NCBI GenBank assembly: GCA_040399745.1
Contig: JBBARP010000001.1
Coordinates: forward strand, 1 to 64,000
Direction of reading: 5' to 3'
Source of the DNA: Bdellovibrionia bacterium
GTDB lineage: Bacteria > Bdellovibrionota > UBA1018
Length of the DNA: 64,000 nucleotides
Shown here: in pieces, positions 1 to 9,486 of the stretch
Numbering within the stretch: position 1 is the first letter of the stretch
How the letters are laid out: each line of letters opens with the position of its first letter
Position numbers and translations under genes: made by a program
Notes under the pieces: model-generated
Seen by the model: the letters and a program-made list of their open reading frames with translations, nothing else
What the model was told of the DNA's origin: nothing
Databases searched by the model: none

Positions 1-3000
1 AACGCGACCACCACTTTGGGTGACGATTCGATCTATAAGATCACGGCGCAAACTTCGAACGTCTTGACCACAGGCGCGGGCCTCACTTCGGTGGGCGCGT
101 CCGGAAACACTTTCCGAATTCATCCGGCCTTTGACGAAGTTCGAGTCATCGGCAACGCCATTTTGGAAACGAACGGTGTGATGATCGCCCGATCGGGTGT
201 GATCTCGGGCACTGTTTTGAGTACGGCTACCCCATCAGGCCTTGCCTTGGCTGGGTCGGGTGCGTTCTCGATTGCTGGCGGAACTGCGGCCTTGTTCGAC
301 TCGAATCTCTCGGGTGGAGGCAGTTTGACTGTCTCGGGCGCGTCTACCGTGAATGCCTTGGGAGCGATTCTGTCGGCTCCTACCATGACTATTACGGCGT
401 CGACCGTTCAGGCAGATGGGCTTGCTACGACGACCGGGAATTTGGTGTTGGACGCCTCGACGGTGACTCTGGGGCGGTTACGAACCGCAACGCCGGGCTC
501 GACCTACGCGGTCAATGCTGCGGGAACGCTGATTCTCCAAAACACGGCCACCCTTCAGCAGCGTGCGACGACCACGACGGCTGAGTATGCACTCGAAATC
601 TCGGCTGGGAATGTGAACGTCGGAGCGGGATCGACCATCTCTTCCAATCAACGCGGATTCAATTCGCCCAACTCGGCGGGTTTCCGAGGTTTTGGCAACG
701 CGATCGTTGGCGGCTGGAGCACGACGACCAATTTGTCTGCGGGTGGATCGCACGGTGGCAGAGGTGGATCGCAGAGTGCATCGCACCGATCCGCTGAGGT
801 GTACGGCAGCATTCAAAACCCCAATACATCGGGATCGAGCGGTAGCTACTGGGCTTGTCTGAACGGAGGCTGCGGGAACGGCGGCGGCATCATTCGGATT
901 GTGACGCCTTCTACTGGGTCAGTTCAGGTCGACGGCACGATCGACTCGAGTGGTGGCACCGCTGCTAACGGATGGAACAGCTCTTTGGGCGCGGGTGGTT
1001 CGGTTTATTTGAGCACGGGCACTTTGAGCGGGACCGGTACGGTGACGGTCAATGGAGGCACTGGGACCAATGGCATGGCAGCTGACTGGGGCGCTGGGGG
1101 CGGCGGAAGAATCGCAGTCCAAGCCACCACGCTTTCGGGGAACTACGCTTGGCCGCCGACTACGAGCTGGGGACTGAGAGCTTACGGAGGCTCGCAGTCA
1201 AACGGCAGTGGCTCGAACGGAGGCGCAGGCACCATCTATGTGAAGCTTCCGGGCGATACGGATGGCCGCTTGGTCGTGATCAATAACAGCAACTACACCG
1301 GTCTAGTTTCTTCGAACGGGCACGAACCGTTTACGGTCATCAACGTTCCGGCCAATGCAAACTCAACCGCACTGACTTCTACCGCCTTGACCAACAACGT
1401 GGCGGGAAGTTTCTCTGAGGCGGCTGGGATCACAGGTCTTTTGAATGGCTTCTATTTAAATCCGAACGTCAACCAGAACGCCACAACCACGCTTGCCGAC
1501 GATACGATGTACCCAATCACCTCTTACACCGATACCGCTCTCACTACCTCGAGTGGTTTGACTTCGGTTGCGAGTTCGGGCGCTCAGTACCGAATTCATC
1601 CGGTCTTTGATCAGCTCTGGGTTGTTGGCAACGCGATCTTGAAAACAAACGCCACAATGTATGTCAAAGGCGGAACTTTTACTGGAACCGTCCTAGCAGC
1701 GAACGCGAGCGCTGGCCTTGCTTTAGGAGGCTCGAACTCGATCTCGATTGGGGCTTCAACGCTGCCCATCGTGGACGTGAATCTATCGGGAAGCGCCGTG
1801 TTTAGCCTGACGGCGGGCGCGAACTTGAATGCAACAGGCTTCACTTTGACAGCGCCTTCAATGAGTATTACCGGAGCCACTTTAGCCGCCGACGCACTAG
1901 TCACAACCAGCGGAAATCTCCTCATCGATTCGTCGACAGTCACACTGGGACGCTTGAGAACTGCCACGCCCGGATCCTCACTTTCCATTAATGCTGCGGG
2001 AACGTTGATTCTTCAGAATACTTCGACGATTCAGCAGCGCGCAACCACCACAACCGCTGAGTACGCTCTTGAGATCAATGCTGGCGGAGTCGTGGTGAAT
2101 GCCGGATCGCAGATTACCTCTGCCGCGCGTGGATATACTTCTCCAAGCAGCGCAGGTTTTAGAGGTTTTGGAAATGCAGTTGTGGGTGGGTGGAGCTCAA
2201 ACGCGAATCCGGCGGCAGGCGGATCGCACGGTGGCCGTGGGGGCTCCTACAGTGAGAAGGCTCCGGAAGTTTACGGAAGCATTTCCAATCCAAACACTTC
2301 GGGTGCCAGCGGAAGTTATTGGGGTTGCGTCAATAGTGGCTGTGGCAACGGGGGCGGGATTATTCGGATTACGACGCCCGCAAGTGGCGCCGTGACAATA
2401 GACGGAACGATCGATTCGAGCGGCGGCCTTAGTGGGTTTGGCTGGAACTCGACTTTGGGTGCAGGGGGTACCGCTTACGTGAGCACGGGAACTCTGACGG
2501 GCTCCGGCGTGATCACGGTCAACGGCGGCGGCGGAAATAACGGACAATCTGGCCAGTACGGCGCAGGGGGTGGCGGCCGCGCTGCAGTGGTTGCATCCAC
2601 TCTGAGTGGTAATTTTGCTTGGCCGCCGACACTCACCTGGGGAGTGCGTGCCTACGGTGGCGTCGCCTATAATACGGGTAATACGAATGCCTCGACCAAC
2701 GGTGCTGCGGGCACGATTTTCGTGAAGTTACCTGGCGATGTCGATGGTCGTTTGGTTGTCATCAATCCGACTAGCTATACCGGCTTTGGAAGCACTTCGA
2801 GCCACGAACCCTTTACGATGATCCCGCTTCCCTCTTCGGCTGCGTCCACTGGGCTAACCTCGACCGTCCTTTCTACTACCTCTACAGGTGCGTTTAACGA
2901 ACCTGCCGGCGTGACCGGAACTTTGGTTGGCTTCTACCTCAACCCGAACGTGGATCAAAACGCGACAACCACGTTGGCCGACGACACCTTGTTTAAGATC

Positions 3001-6000
3001 GCCTCCTACACCGGGGAATCGGTGACCGCTTCGAGCGGGTTAACGACCATTGGGACTGCCGGAAATACCTATCGAATTCATCCTGTGTTTGATGATGTTC
3101 GTGTTCTTGGAACAGGAATTCTGAAGACGAACGGTGTGATCTACACCAAGGGTGCAACGCTTACGGGAACAGTCCTGTCGGCCTCGTCTTCGACGGGATT
3201 GGCCATCGGCGGAAGTAACTCGGTGACCTTGGGCGCGGGCACCGCGCCGATCGTGGACATCAATCTTACGGGGTCCGCGGTGCTTTCAGTCACTGCGGGC
3301 GCAAATTTGAACGCGCAAGGCTACACGATCCAGGCACCCTCCATGAGCGTCACAGGCGCGACGGTTGTCGCTGACCAATTGGTGAGTACCGTGGGCGGAA
3401 TTACTCTGGACTCTTCGACCGTCACTTTAGGTCGTCTACGCACCTCGGCGCCCGGATCCAATAATTTCAGCGTGACTGCTGTTGGCGATTTGGTCGTTCA
3501 AAATGGTTCAACCCTTAATCAAAGGGCAACGACGACCACTGCTGAGTACACTTTGGAAATCTCGGCGGCGAACGTCAACGTCACTTCAGGCTCAACCATC
3601 TCCTCCTCCGCTCGAGGTTTCACCTCCCCGAATCAATCTGGCTTCCGTGCTTTTGGAAATACGATTGTGGGGAGTTGGTCAGCGACGACGAATCCTGCTG
3701 CTGGCGGTTCGCACGGGGGGCGAGGTGGCTCGTATGGCGATCGTCCGGGTGAAGTGTATGGAAACGTGCTTAATCCTTATACTTCGGGCGCCAGCGGTAG
3801 TTATTGGGGTTGTATAAATAGTGGCTGTGGAAGTGGCGGTGGGATTATCCGAATTGTCACTCCAGCTACCGGAACCGTGACGGTCGATGGCCTGGTTGAT
3901 TCAAGCGCAGGCTTATGGAGCTATGGCTGGAGCTCGACCTTGGGCGCAGGCGGAACGGTGAATGTGAGTACCGGAACGCTCACAGGCAGCGGTTTGATCT
4001 CGGTCAATGGTGGCGGCGGAAACAATGGCCAAGCCGGCCAGTATGGTGCAGGTGGTGGTGGTCGTGCGGCGGTTTATGCTTCGACCCTATCTGGTGCCTT
4101 TGCATGGCCTCCCACAACGTCTTGGGGAATTCGAGCTTACGGTGGCGTCGCCTACAATACTGGCAACACGGGTTCATCCCAAAACGGGGCGGCTGGCACC
4201 ATTTTGATTAAGACGCCATCGGACAGCTTTGGGCGACTCGTGGTGACCAATCCCACTTCGTTTACTGGATTTAGCAGTTCCACGGTTCATGAACCTTTTA
4301 CGGTGCTGGATGTTCCGGCAAGCGCGGTGTCCTCGAATTTGTCTGCAACTACTTTGCAAGTCTCGACAGCGGGTTACTTCAGCGAGCCTGCCGGAATTAC
4401 TGGGAGACTCGAAGGTTTTTACTTAAATCCGAATACGGCCCAAAACGCGACGACCACATTGGCCGACGATACGCTGTATCGGATCAATTCCTACTCAGGG
4501 ACGCAATTGACCACGGCAACCGGACTCAATTCGATCGCGTCGACCGGACAAACCTTTCGAATTCATCCTGTGTTTGATGATGTGTGGGTTCTGGGAAGAG
4601 GGATCCTCAAGACCAATGCCATTGTGAAGACGGCAGGCGCAAATATTCAGGGCACTGTGATTGGCGCTGGCTCATTGGGAGTCGTAGGTGATCGTGGTGT
4701 GACTTTGGGTGGGATTAGTCCTTTCTATGAAGTGACAATGGGCGGAAGCTCGGTTTTGGCGTTCGCAAGCGGCGCGAATATCAGTGCAGCCGGAACCACC
4801 TTTACGGCGCCCTCGATTACGGCAACAGGTGCAACCGTCGTTGCGGATCGGCTCGTAGCTACGAACGGCGGCATTACTTTGGATTCCTCGACGGTCACTT
4901 TAGGACGAGCAAAAGGTTTGAATTCCTTGAGCGCCACTGGAGACCTAGTCCTTCAAAACAACGCGACCCTTCAACAGGCAACAACAACCGCGACTACCGA
5001 GTACTCTCTTGAAATTCAGGCTGCTAACGTGAACGTCGCTGCGGGCAGCCGGATCTCGTCAAATGGTGCCGGATTTAATTCGCCCGCCACCAATGGGTGG
5101 AGAGGCTACGGCAACGCGGTTCAGCCTTCGTTTAACGGCTCGACCAATGTTTTGGCAGGTGGATCACACGGCGGACGTGGTGGCGCAAGCAGTGGCCACT
5201 ACGCGAACGAAACTTACGGAAGCATCACGAACCCGAATACTTCGGGTTCATCGGGATCACGTTCGACGTGTTCTGGCGTCTATAACGCCTGGTGGGGCCG
5301 AACCGGCGACATTTGCTCGAACGGGGGCGGTGTAGTCCGAGTGGTTGCTACCGGCACGGGTTCAAATAACGGCACGATTACCGTGAATGGAAGCATTGAA
5401 AGTAACGCGCAAGAGGGCTCGGGTTGGTCGAGCGGTGGTGCAGGTGGCTCTGTTCACCTGACGGGCGGCACGGTGAGCGGTACCGGCACAGTGACAACCA
5501 TCGGCGGCTACGGAAACGGTGGCGCCGGCGGCGGTGGCCGAATTGCTGCCTACGTTTCGAGTGCGAGCGGAAGTTTTGCGTGGCCTCCGACAGCGACTTG
5601 GGGTTTCCGTGCGTACGGAGGGCTACAAACCACGACGAGCTCGACCACCGCGAACGCTGGCTCGGGCACGATCTACGTGAAGCTTGCGGGCGACACCGAT
5701 GGGCGCCTGGCCATTCTGCGGAATCCAAACTTCCCAGTCACGAACCCTGCGCGTACCTGGGGCGAGCAGCCCTATACGGTAGTAAACGTGCCGACTAGCA
5801 CTGTGTCGACCGCTTTGAGTGCGACGACTTTGAGCGGTGCAGCAACTACCTTTAATGAAAGCGTGGGCCAGACCGATTACTTGGTGGGCTACTATCTGAA
5901 CCCTAAGACGGCTCAGAACGCCACGAACGCCGTTTCTGACGATACTCTGTTCAAGATTACTTCGCAGACTTCGCAGAACCTTGTGACGGCGGGCGATCTG

Positions 6001-9000
6001 ACTTCGATTGCGACCAGTGGCGATACGTTCCGCATTCATCCGGTGTTTGATTCCCTGGTCATCGGTAACGGTGAAGTGGTGCTGGCGAACGCCACGATTT
6101 ACGCGAAGAACGTAGGGACCGTTGCAAGCGGACTATTGGCTTCGGCTTCCACAGGCTCGATTGCTTACCGGGGAACTGGGGCTATCAACTTGGCCGGTAC
6201 GGCAAGTCTCCTCACTTTCACGGAGTTCTTCACCACCGGTGCTGTGACTTTGGGCGGCGGCACTTTCAATCTGCCAGTCGATGGCGCAACGGTTGGTTCG
6301 ATGAGCGGCACGACAGCCAATACCATTTTGGCGGGCTCGGGTGCTCTTACGGCAACCACTGGCGGAATTTCTCTGACGGGTGCTTCGGGTAACTCAGCAA
6401 CGCTTTCAGCGATTACTTCACCCGGTGCGGTGAACTTGGTGGGTGGCACTTACACGGCGACCGACATCACGGCCGACTCCTTCACGGCTACCAACTCCAC
6501 GTTGACCGCGACCGGCCTTCTGACCACACTGACGGGCGGGGTCACATTCGACAATACGACCGCTACCCTGGGCAAGCTTCGCTCGGCAGGTGCAGATGGT
6601 GGCCCAAGTGGTGCTGGCCTTGCGATCAGTTCCGCAGGCGCATTGACTTTGCAGAACAATGCGCTTCTTCAACAGACTTTAACCACCACCACAGCCGAAT
6701 ACACGCTTGAAATCCAGGCTTCTGGACTGAACCTGGCTGCGGGATCGAGAATTTCGGCGACAGGCCGCGGCTACTACGTCAGCGATTACACCAGCTATCA
6801 AGGCTACTTCCGCAGCTTTGGAAACATAAACGTGGGCGGCTGGGGTGGCGCAACTGGATATCGCTATGCAGGTGGCTCGCACGGCGGTCGTGGCGGCTCG
6901 AACGATTCCGGCGGGTCTCAGCGTTCAAACGAGACTTACGGAAGCATTCATAATCCGTACACTTCCGGTTCAGCCGGCGGTTCCGGTGATGGTTGGTGGC
7001 AGACCCAAGCGGGCGGCGGCATCGTTCGCATCAACGTCGGCACGGGCGATTTGATCGTGAACGGAAAAGTTGAAGCTGAAGGAACAACGGCTGGCGGTCC
7101 TGTATGTCTGGGTGCGGGTGGATCGATCTATCTGAAAGGTGGAACACTTCAAGGCTCTGGCTCAGTCACGGCCAACGGTGGAACTTGGACGAGCGGTAGC
7201 GACCCGCGCGGCGCTGGCGGTGGCGGACGTGTCGCGGTGTATGCACCTAGCCTTCAAGGAAACTTTGCTTGGTCTTCGACCGGCTTCCAATCCTACGTAA
7301 CTGCTGCAGGCGGAGCGGGTAATAGCATCAGTAAACAAGGTGGAGCCGGAACCGTTTACGTAAAAACCGGATCAGACGTCTACGGCCGTTTAGTGGTCAA
7401 GAACGCAACCAATTCGTTGACTGCGGCCTATTCGAACCAGCCCTTCACGCGCATCGATGTTCCTTCGGTTACGACCAGTGATGCAGTGGGTGCGACGTCA
7501 CTCACAAAAGCAGCTTATTTCACCGAAGGCGTTGGCTTCACGGGTCACCTGATGGGCTTCTGGCTGAACGCTAACACCGCTCAAAACGCGACCTCCACCG
7601 TCTTTGACGATGTGCTGGCGCCCGTTCTCTCGCACTCATCTTCAGTGCTCACGACTCCATCGGGCCTTACTTCGTCACCGATCTCAGCAGTTGCCGGGAG
7701 TAACTTCCGGATGCATCCGGTGTTTGATCAATTGAAGATCCTGGGTGGCGCGATCGTTTTGACCAACGCCAACATCATCACGACCGATCTTGAGCAAGTG
7801 GGATCCGTGACGGGCACGGGCGGAATTTCGCTCAATTCTTCTACCAACGGCATGACGTTGAGTGGTTCAACCACACTGGGGCAGTTCAACGAACTGACTT
7901 TGGGCACGAGCCTGGGTTTGACGATCACGGGCGGTGCAGCCGTGACCTTGCCCAGTTCAATTACGGTGGGTGGAAACCTAAACGTCACTGCCGCATCGAC
8001 GATGACTGCGACTTCGTTGAACGTAGGTGGAAACTTGAACGTGGACGGTACCAACTCGGTGTTGAACGCAGGCATTACGGGTATTTCGAATACCACTCCG
8101 AACGTGGTGGTGACGGGGGACCTGAACCTGACCAACGGCGCGCGCTTGAAATCGCGAAGCTCGACTTCGACTGCCGAGTACTACCTCTACGTCACCGCTG
8201 CAAACGCCACGATCGATAGTACCAGCGCGGTCAACGTGGATTACCAGGGTTACACTCAGCAAAGTAACGGCTACCTGCAAGGCCCTGGAAATCTGCCCTA
8301 TGCCAACCGCCTAGGGAATTGGCAGTCGTACCTATCGGGTAGTTATGGCGGTGAGGGCGGTAACGCTGCAGGAGGCGCAAACGCGGTAGCGGCCGATACC
8401 TACGGAAGCTTCACTGCACCCATTCATTTGGGTGAAAGCGGCATGTCGCCCTGGGGCTGGTGGGGTACAGGGAGCGGGGGCGGATCGGCCCGCCTGAGCC
8501 TCACGGGCACATTGACATTAAATGGCCAGATTAGTGCCTTGGGTCAGAATACGGCGGGTGATCGCGGCTGCGGCGCTGGCGGAAGTATTTATGTGCAAAC
8601 GGGTACCATGACCGGTTCGGGCACGATGGTGGCTCACGGCGGGAGCGGCGCTTCGAACGCCCCGGGCGGCGGCGGTGGCCGGATTGCCCTTTACTACACC
8701 ACCGGTGCCGGTAGCTTCGCTTCGAACTCCGGAATTGCGGCTCAGCTCAAAGCTTACGGCGGCGTGGGATATGGTGCGGCTTCCAACACCACTGGCGGCG
8801 CTGCTGGAACCGTGTTCTTCAAGTCAGCGTCCGATACATACGGCAACCTGAGTATCGATAACGCCAGTCGCTTGTCCTCAAACAACAGCGCCCGCACGGT
8901 GATCCGTGGTCCAGCAAGCACTTCGTATACGAACCTCAGTAGCGCAGCATCAAACAGCGTGACCATCGGAAGTGGTTTCACCAACATGTACGGCAATATC

Positions 9001-9426
9001 CAAAATTTCCTAACAGGTCTCTTTGTCAACCCGATCACCACGCAGAATACGACCTCAGTTCTTAGCGACGATACGCTTTATAGCGTGACCGGTAACACTT
9101 CGAGCACCCTGAGTCTTTCGGGGGGAGATCCCACTAGCATCGGCGCCACTGCGGGTAGCCCCTTCCGCCTGGTCCTTCGCTTGGACAACCTCGACGTCAG
9201 TGGCAAAGCGGTACTCGATTTCAGCGGTCACGATATTTACACGTCCGGTGGTGACATCAGCTCCGGAAACTCAAACTTCCTGCTCGACGGTACCGTCTTT
9301 GCCCGCACGCTCGATATTGGGTCGGGCACTTACTCGATGAGCGCTAGCGGCGTGCAGAGTAATTTGACCAACCGCTGCGCCGGCGCAGTGAACACAGCGA
9401 ACGGCGCTAGCCTGAACTGCCCGTAA
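1..9426 (+). CDS. Giant Gly/Thr/Ser-rich repetitive surface/adhesin-like protein (5'-truncated, >3140 aa)
   Basis: The frame is open from base 1 (NATTTLGDD...), so the true start lies upstream of the window. It has six ~490-aa tandem modules with recurring GGSHGGRGG, GGGIIRI, GAGGS, GAGGGGRIAV, NATTTLADDT and RIHPVFD motifs. Confidence 0.85.
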   Translation, partial: NATTTLGDDSIYKITAQTSNVLTTGAGLTSVGASGNTFRIHPAFDEVRVIGNAILETNGVMIARSGVISGTVLSTATPSGLALAGSGAFSIAGGTAALFDSNLSGGGSLTVSGASTVNALGAILSAPTMTITASTVQADGLATTTGNLVLDASTVTLGRLRTATPGSTYAVNAAGTLILQNTATLQQRATTTTAEYALEISAGNVNVGAGSTISSNQRGFNSPNSAGFRGFGNAIVGGWSTTTNLSAGGSHGGRGGSQSASHRSAEVYGSIQNPNTSGSSGSYWACLNGGCGNGGGIIRIVTPSTGSVQVDGTIDSSGGTAANGWNSSLGAGGSVYLSTGTLSGTGTVTVNGGTGTNGMAADWGAGGGGRIAVQATTLSGNYAWPPTTSWGLRAYGGSQSNGSGSNGGAGTIYVKLPGDTDGRLVVINNSNYTGLVSSNGHEPFTVINVPANANSTALTSTALTNNVAGSFSEAAGITGLLNGFYLNPNVNQNATTTLADDTMYPITSYTDTALTTSSGLTSVASSGAQYRIHPVFDQLWVVGNAILKTNATMYVKGGTFTGTVLAANASAGLALGGSNSISIGASTLPIVDVNLSGSAVFSLTAGANLNATGFTLTAPSMSITGATLAADALVTTSGNLLIDSSTVTLGRLRTATPGSSLSINAAGTLILQNTSTIQQRATTTTAEYALEINAGGVVVNAGSQITSAARGYTSPSSAGFRGFGNAVVGGWSSNANPAAGGSHGGRGGSYSEKAPEVYGSISNPNTSGASGSYWGCVNSGCGNGGGIIRITTPASGAVTIDGTIDSSGGLSGFGWNSTLGAGGTAYVSTGTLTGSGVITVNGGGGNNGQSGQYGAGGGGRAAVVASTLSGNFAWPPTLTWGVRAYGGVAYNTGNTNASTNGAAGTIFVKLPGDVDGRLVVINPTSYTGFGSTSSHEPFTMIPLPSSAASTGLTSTVLSTTSTGAFNEPAGVTGTLVGFYLNPNVDQNATTTLADDTLFKIASYTGESVTASSGLTTIGTAGNTYRIHPVFDDVRVLGTGILKTNGVIYTKGATLTGTVLSASSSTGLAIGGSNSVTLGAGTAPIVDINLTGSAVLSVTAGANLNAQGYTIQAPSMSVTGATVVADQLVSTVGGITLDSSTVTLGRLRTSAPGSNNFSVTAVGDLVVQNGSTLNQRATTTTAEYTLEISAANVNVTSGSTISSSARGFTSPNQSGFRAFGNTIVGSWSATTNPAAGGSHGGRGGSYGDRPGEVYGNVLNPYTSGASGSYWGCINSGCGSGGGIIRIVTPATGTVTVDGLVDSSAGLWSYGWSSTLGAGGTVNVSTGTLTGSGLISVNGGGGNNGQAGQYGAGGGGRAAVYASTLSGAFAWPPTTSWGIRAYGGVAYNTGNTGSSQNGAAGTILIKTPSDSFGRLVVTNPTSFTGFSSSTVHEPFTVLDVPASAVSSNLSATTLQVSTAGYFSEPAGITGRLEGFYLNPNTAQNATTTLADDTLYRINSYSGTQLTTATGLNSIASTGQTFRIHPVFDDVWVLGRGILKTNAIVKTAGANIQGTVIGAGSLGVVGDRGVTLGGISPFYEVTMGGSSVLAFASGANISAAGTTFTAPSITATGATVVADRLVATNGGITLDSSTVTLGRAKGLNSLSATGDLVLQNNATLQQATTTATTEYSLEIQAANVNVAAGSRISSNGAGFNSPATNGWRGYGNAVQPSFNGSTNVLAGGSHGGRGGASSGHYANETYGSITNPNTSGSSGSRSTCSGVYNAWWGRTGDICSNGGGVVRVVATGTGSNNGTITVNGSIESNAQEGSGWSSGGAGGSVHLTGGTVSGTGTVTTIGGYGNGGAGGGGRIAAYVSSASGSFAWPPTATWGFRAYGGLQTTTSSTTANAGSGTIYVKLAGDTDGRLAILRNPNFPVTNPARTWGEQPYTVVNVPTSTVSTALSATTLSGAATTFNESVGQTDYLVGYYLNPKTAQNATNAVSDDTLFKITSQTSQNLVTAGDLTSIATSGDTFRIHPVFDSLVIGNGEVVLANATIYAKNVGTVASGLLASASTGSIAYRGTGAINLAGTASLLTFTEFFTTGAVTLGGGTFNLPVDGATVGSMSGTTANTILAGSGALTATTGGISLTGASGNSATLSAITSPGAVNLVGGTYTATDITADSFTATNSTLTATGLLTTLTGGVTFDNTTATLGKLRSAGADGGPSGAGLAISSAGALTLQNNALLQQTLTTTTAEYTLEIQASGLNLAAGSRISATGRGYYVSDYTSYQGYFRSFGNINVGGWGGATGYRYAGGSHGGRGGSNDSGGSQRSNETYGSIHNPYTSGSAGGSGDGWWQTQAGGGIVRINVGTGDLIVNGKVEAEGTTAGGPVCLGAGGSIYLKGGTLQGSGSVTANGGTWTSGSDPRGAGGGGRVAVYAPSLQGNFAWSSTGFQSYVTAAGGAGNSISKQGGAGTVYVKTGSDVYGRLVVKNATNSLTAAYSNQPFTRIDVPSVTTSDAVGATSLTKAAYFTEGVGFTGHLMGFWLNANTAQNATSTVFDDVLAPVLSHSSSVLTTPSGLTSSPISAVAGSNFRMHPVFDQLKILGGAIVLTNANIITTDLEQVGSVTGTGGISLNSSTNGMTLSGSTTLGQFNELTLGTSLGLTITGGAAVTLPSSITVGGNLNVTAASTMTATSLNVGGNLNVDGTNSVLNAGITGISNTTPNVVVTGDLNLTNGARLKSRSSTSTAEYYLYVTAANATIDSTSAVNVDYQGYTQQSNGYLQGPGNLPYANRLGNWQSYLSGSYGGEGGNAAGGANAVAADTYGSFTAPIHLGESGMSPWGWWGTGSGGGSARLSLTGTLTLNGQISALGQNTAGDRGCGAGGSIYVQTGTMTGSGTMVAHGGSGASNAPGGGGGRIALYYTTGAGSFASNSGIAAQLKAYGGVGYGAASNTTGGAAGTVFFKSASDTYGNLSIDNASRLSSNNSARTVIRGPASTSYTNLSSAASNSVTIGSGFTNMYGNIQNFLTGLFVNPITTQNTTSVLSDDTLYSVTGNTSSTLSLSGGDPTSIGATAGSPFRLVLRLDNLDVSGKAVLDFSGHDIYTSGGDISSGNSNFLLDGTVFARTLDIGSGTYSMSASGVQSNLTNRCAGAVNTANGASLNCP
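112..9186 (+). repeat. Six tandem ~1.47-1.68 kb coding repeats
   Basis: The (F/Y)RIHPxFD anchor recurs at ~112, 1588, 3070, 4555, 6028 and 7705, with a degenerate FRLVLRLD at ~9163. Confidence 0.9.
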
Positions 9427-9428
9427 CT

Positions 9429-9456
9429 TAAAGCCGACCTCCTGGTTTGCCGATAG
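9429..9456 (+). promoter_or_regulatory. sigma28 (FliA/SigD)-type promoter
   Basis: TAAA-N16-GCCGATAG ends 30 bp upstream of an MCP gene, a typical sigma28 target. Confidence 0.7.
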
Positions 9457-9486
9457 GCAATTACACCCGTGGGTGGAGGTTATTTC

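Noticed and set aside
1..9426. Giant-gene loops as diversity-generating retroelement targets, or its repeats as an array
   Set aside because: There is no reverse transcriptase and no near-identical TR/VR pair with adenine-specific differences. The repeats are long, coding and diverged at synonymous sites.
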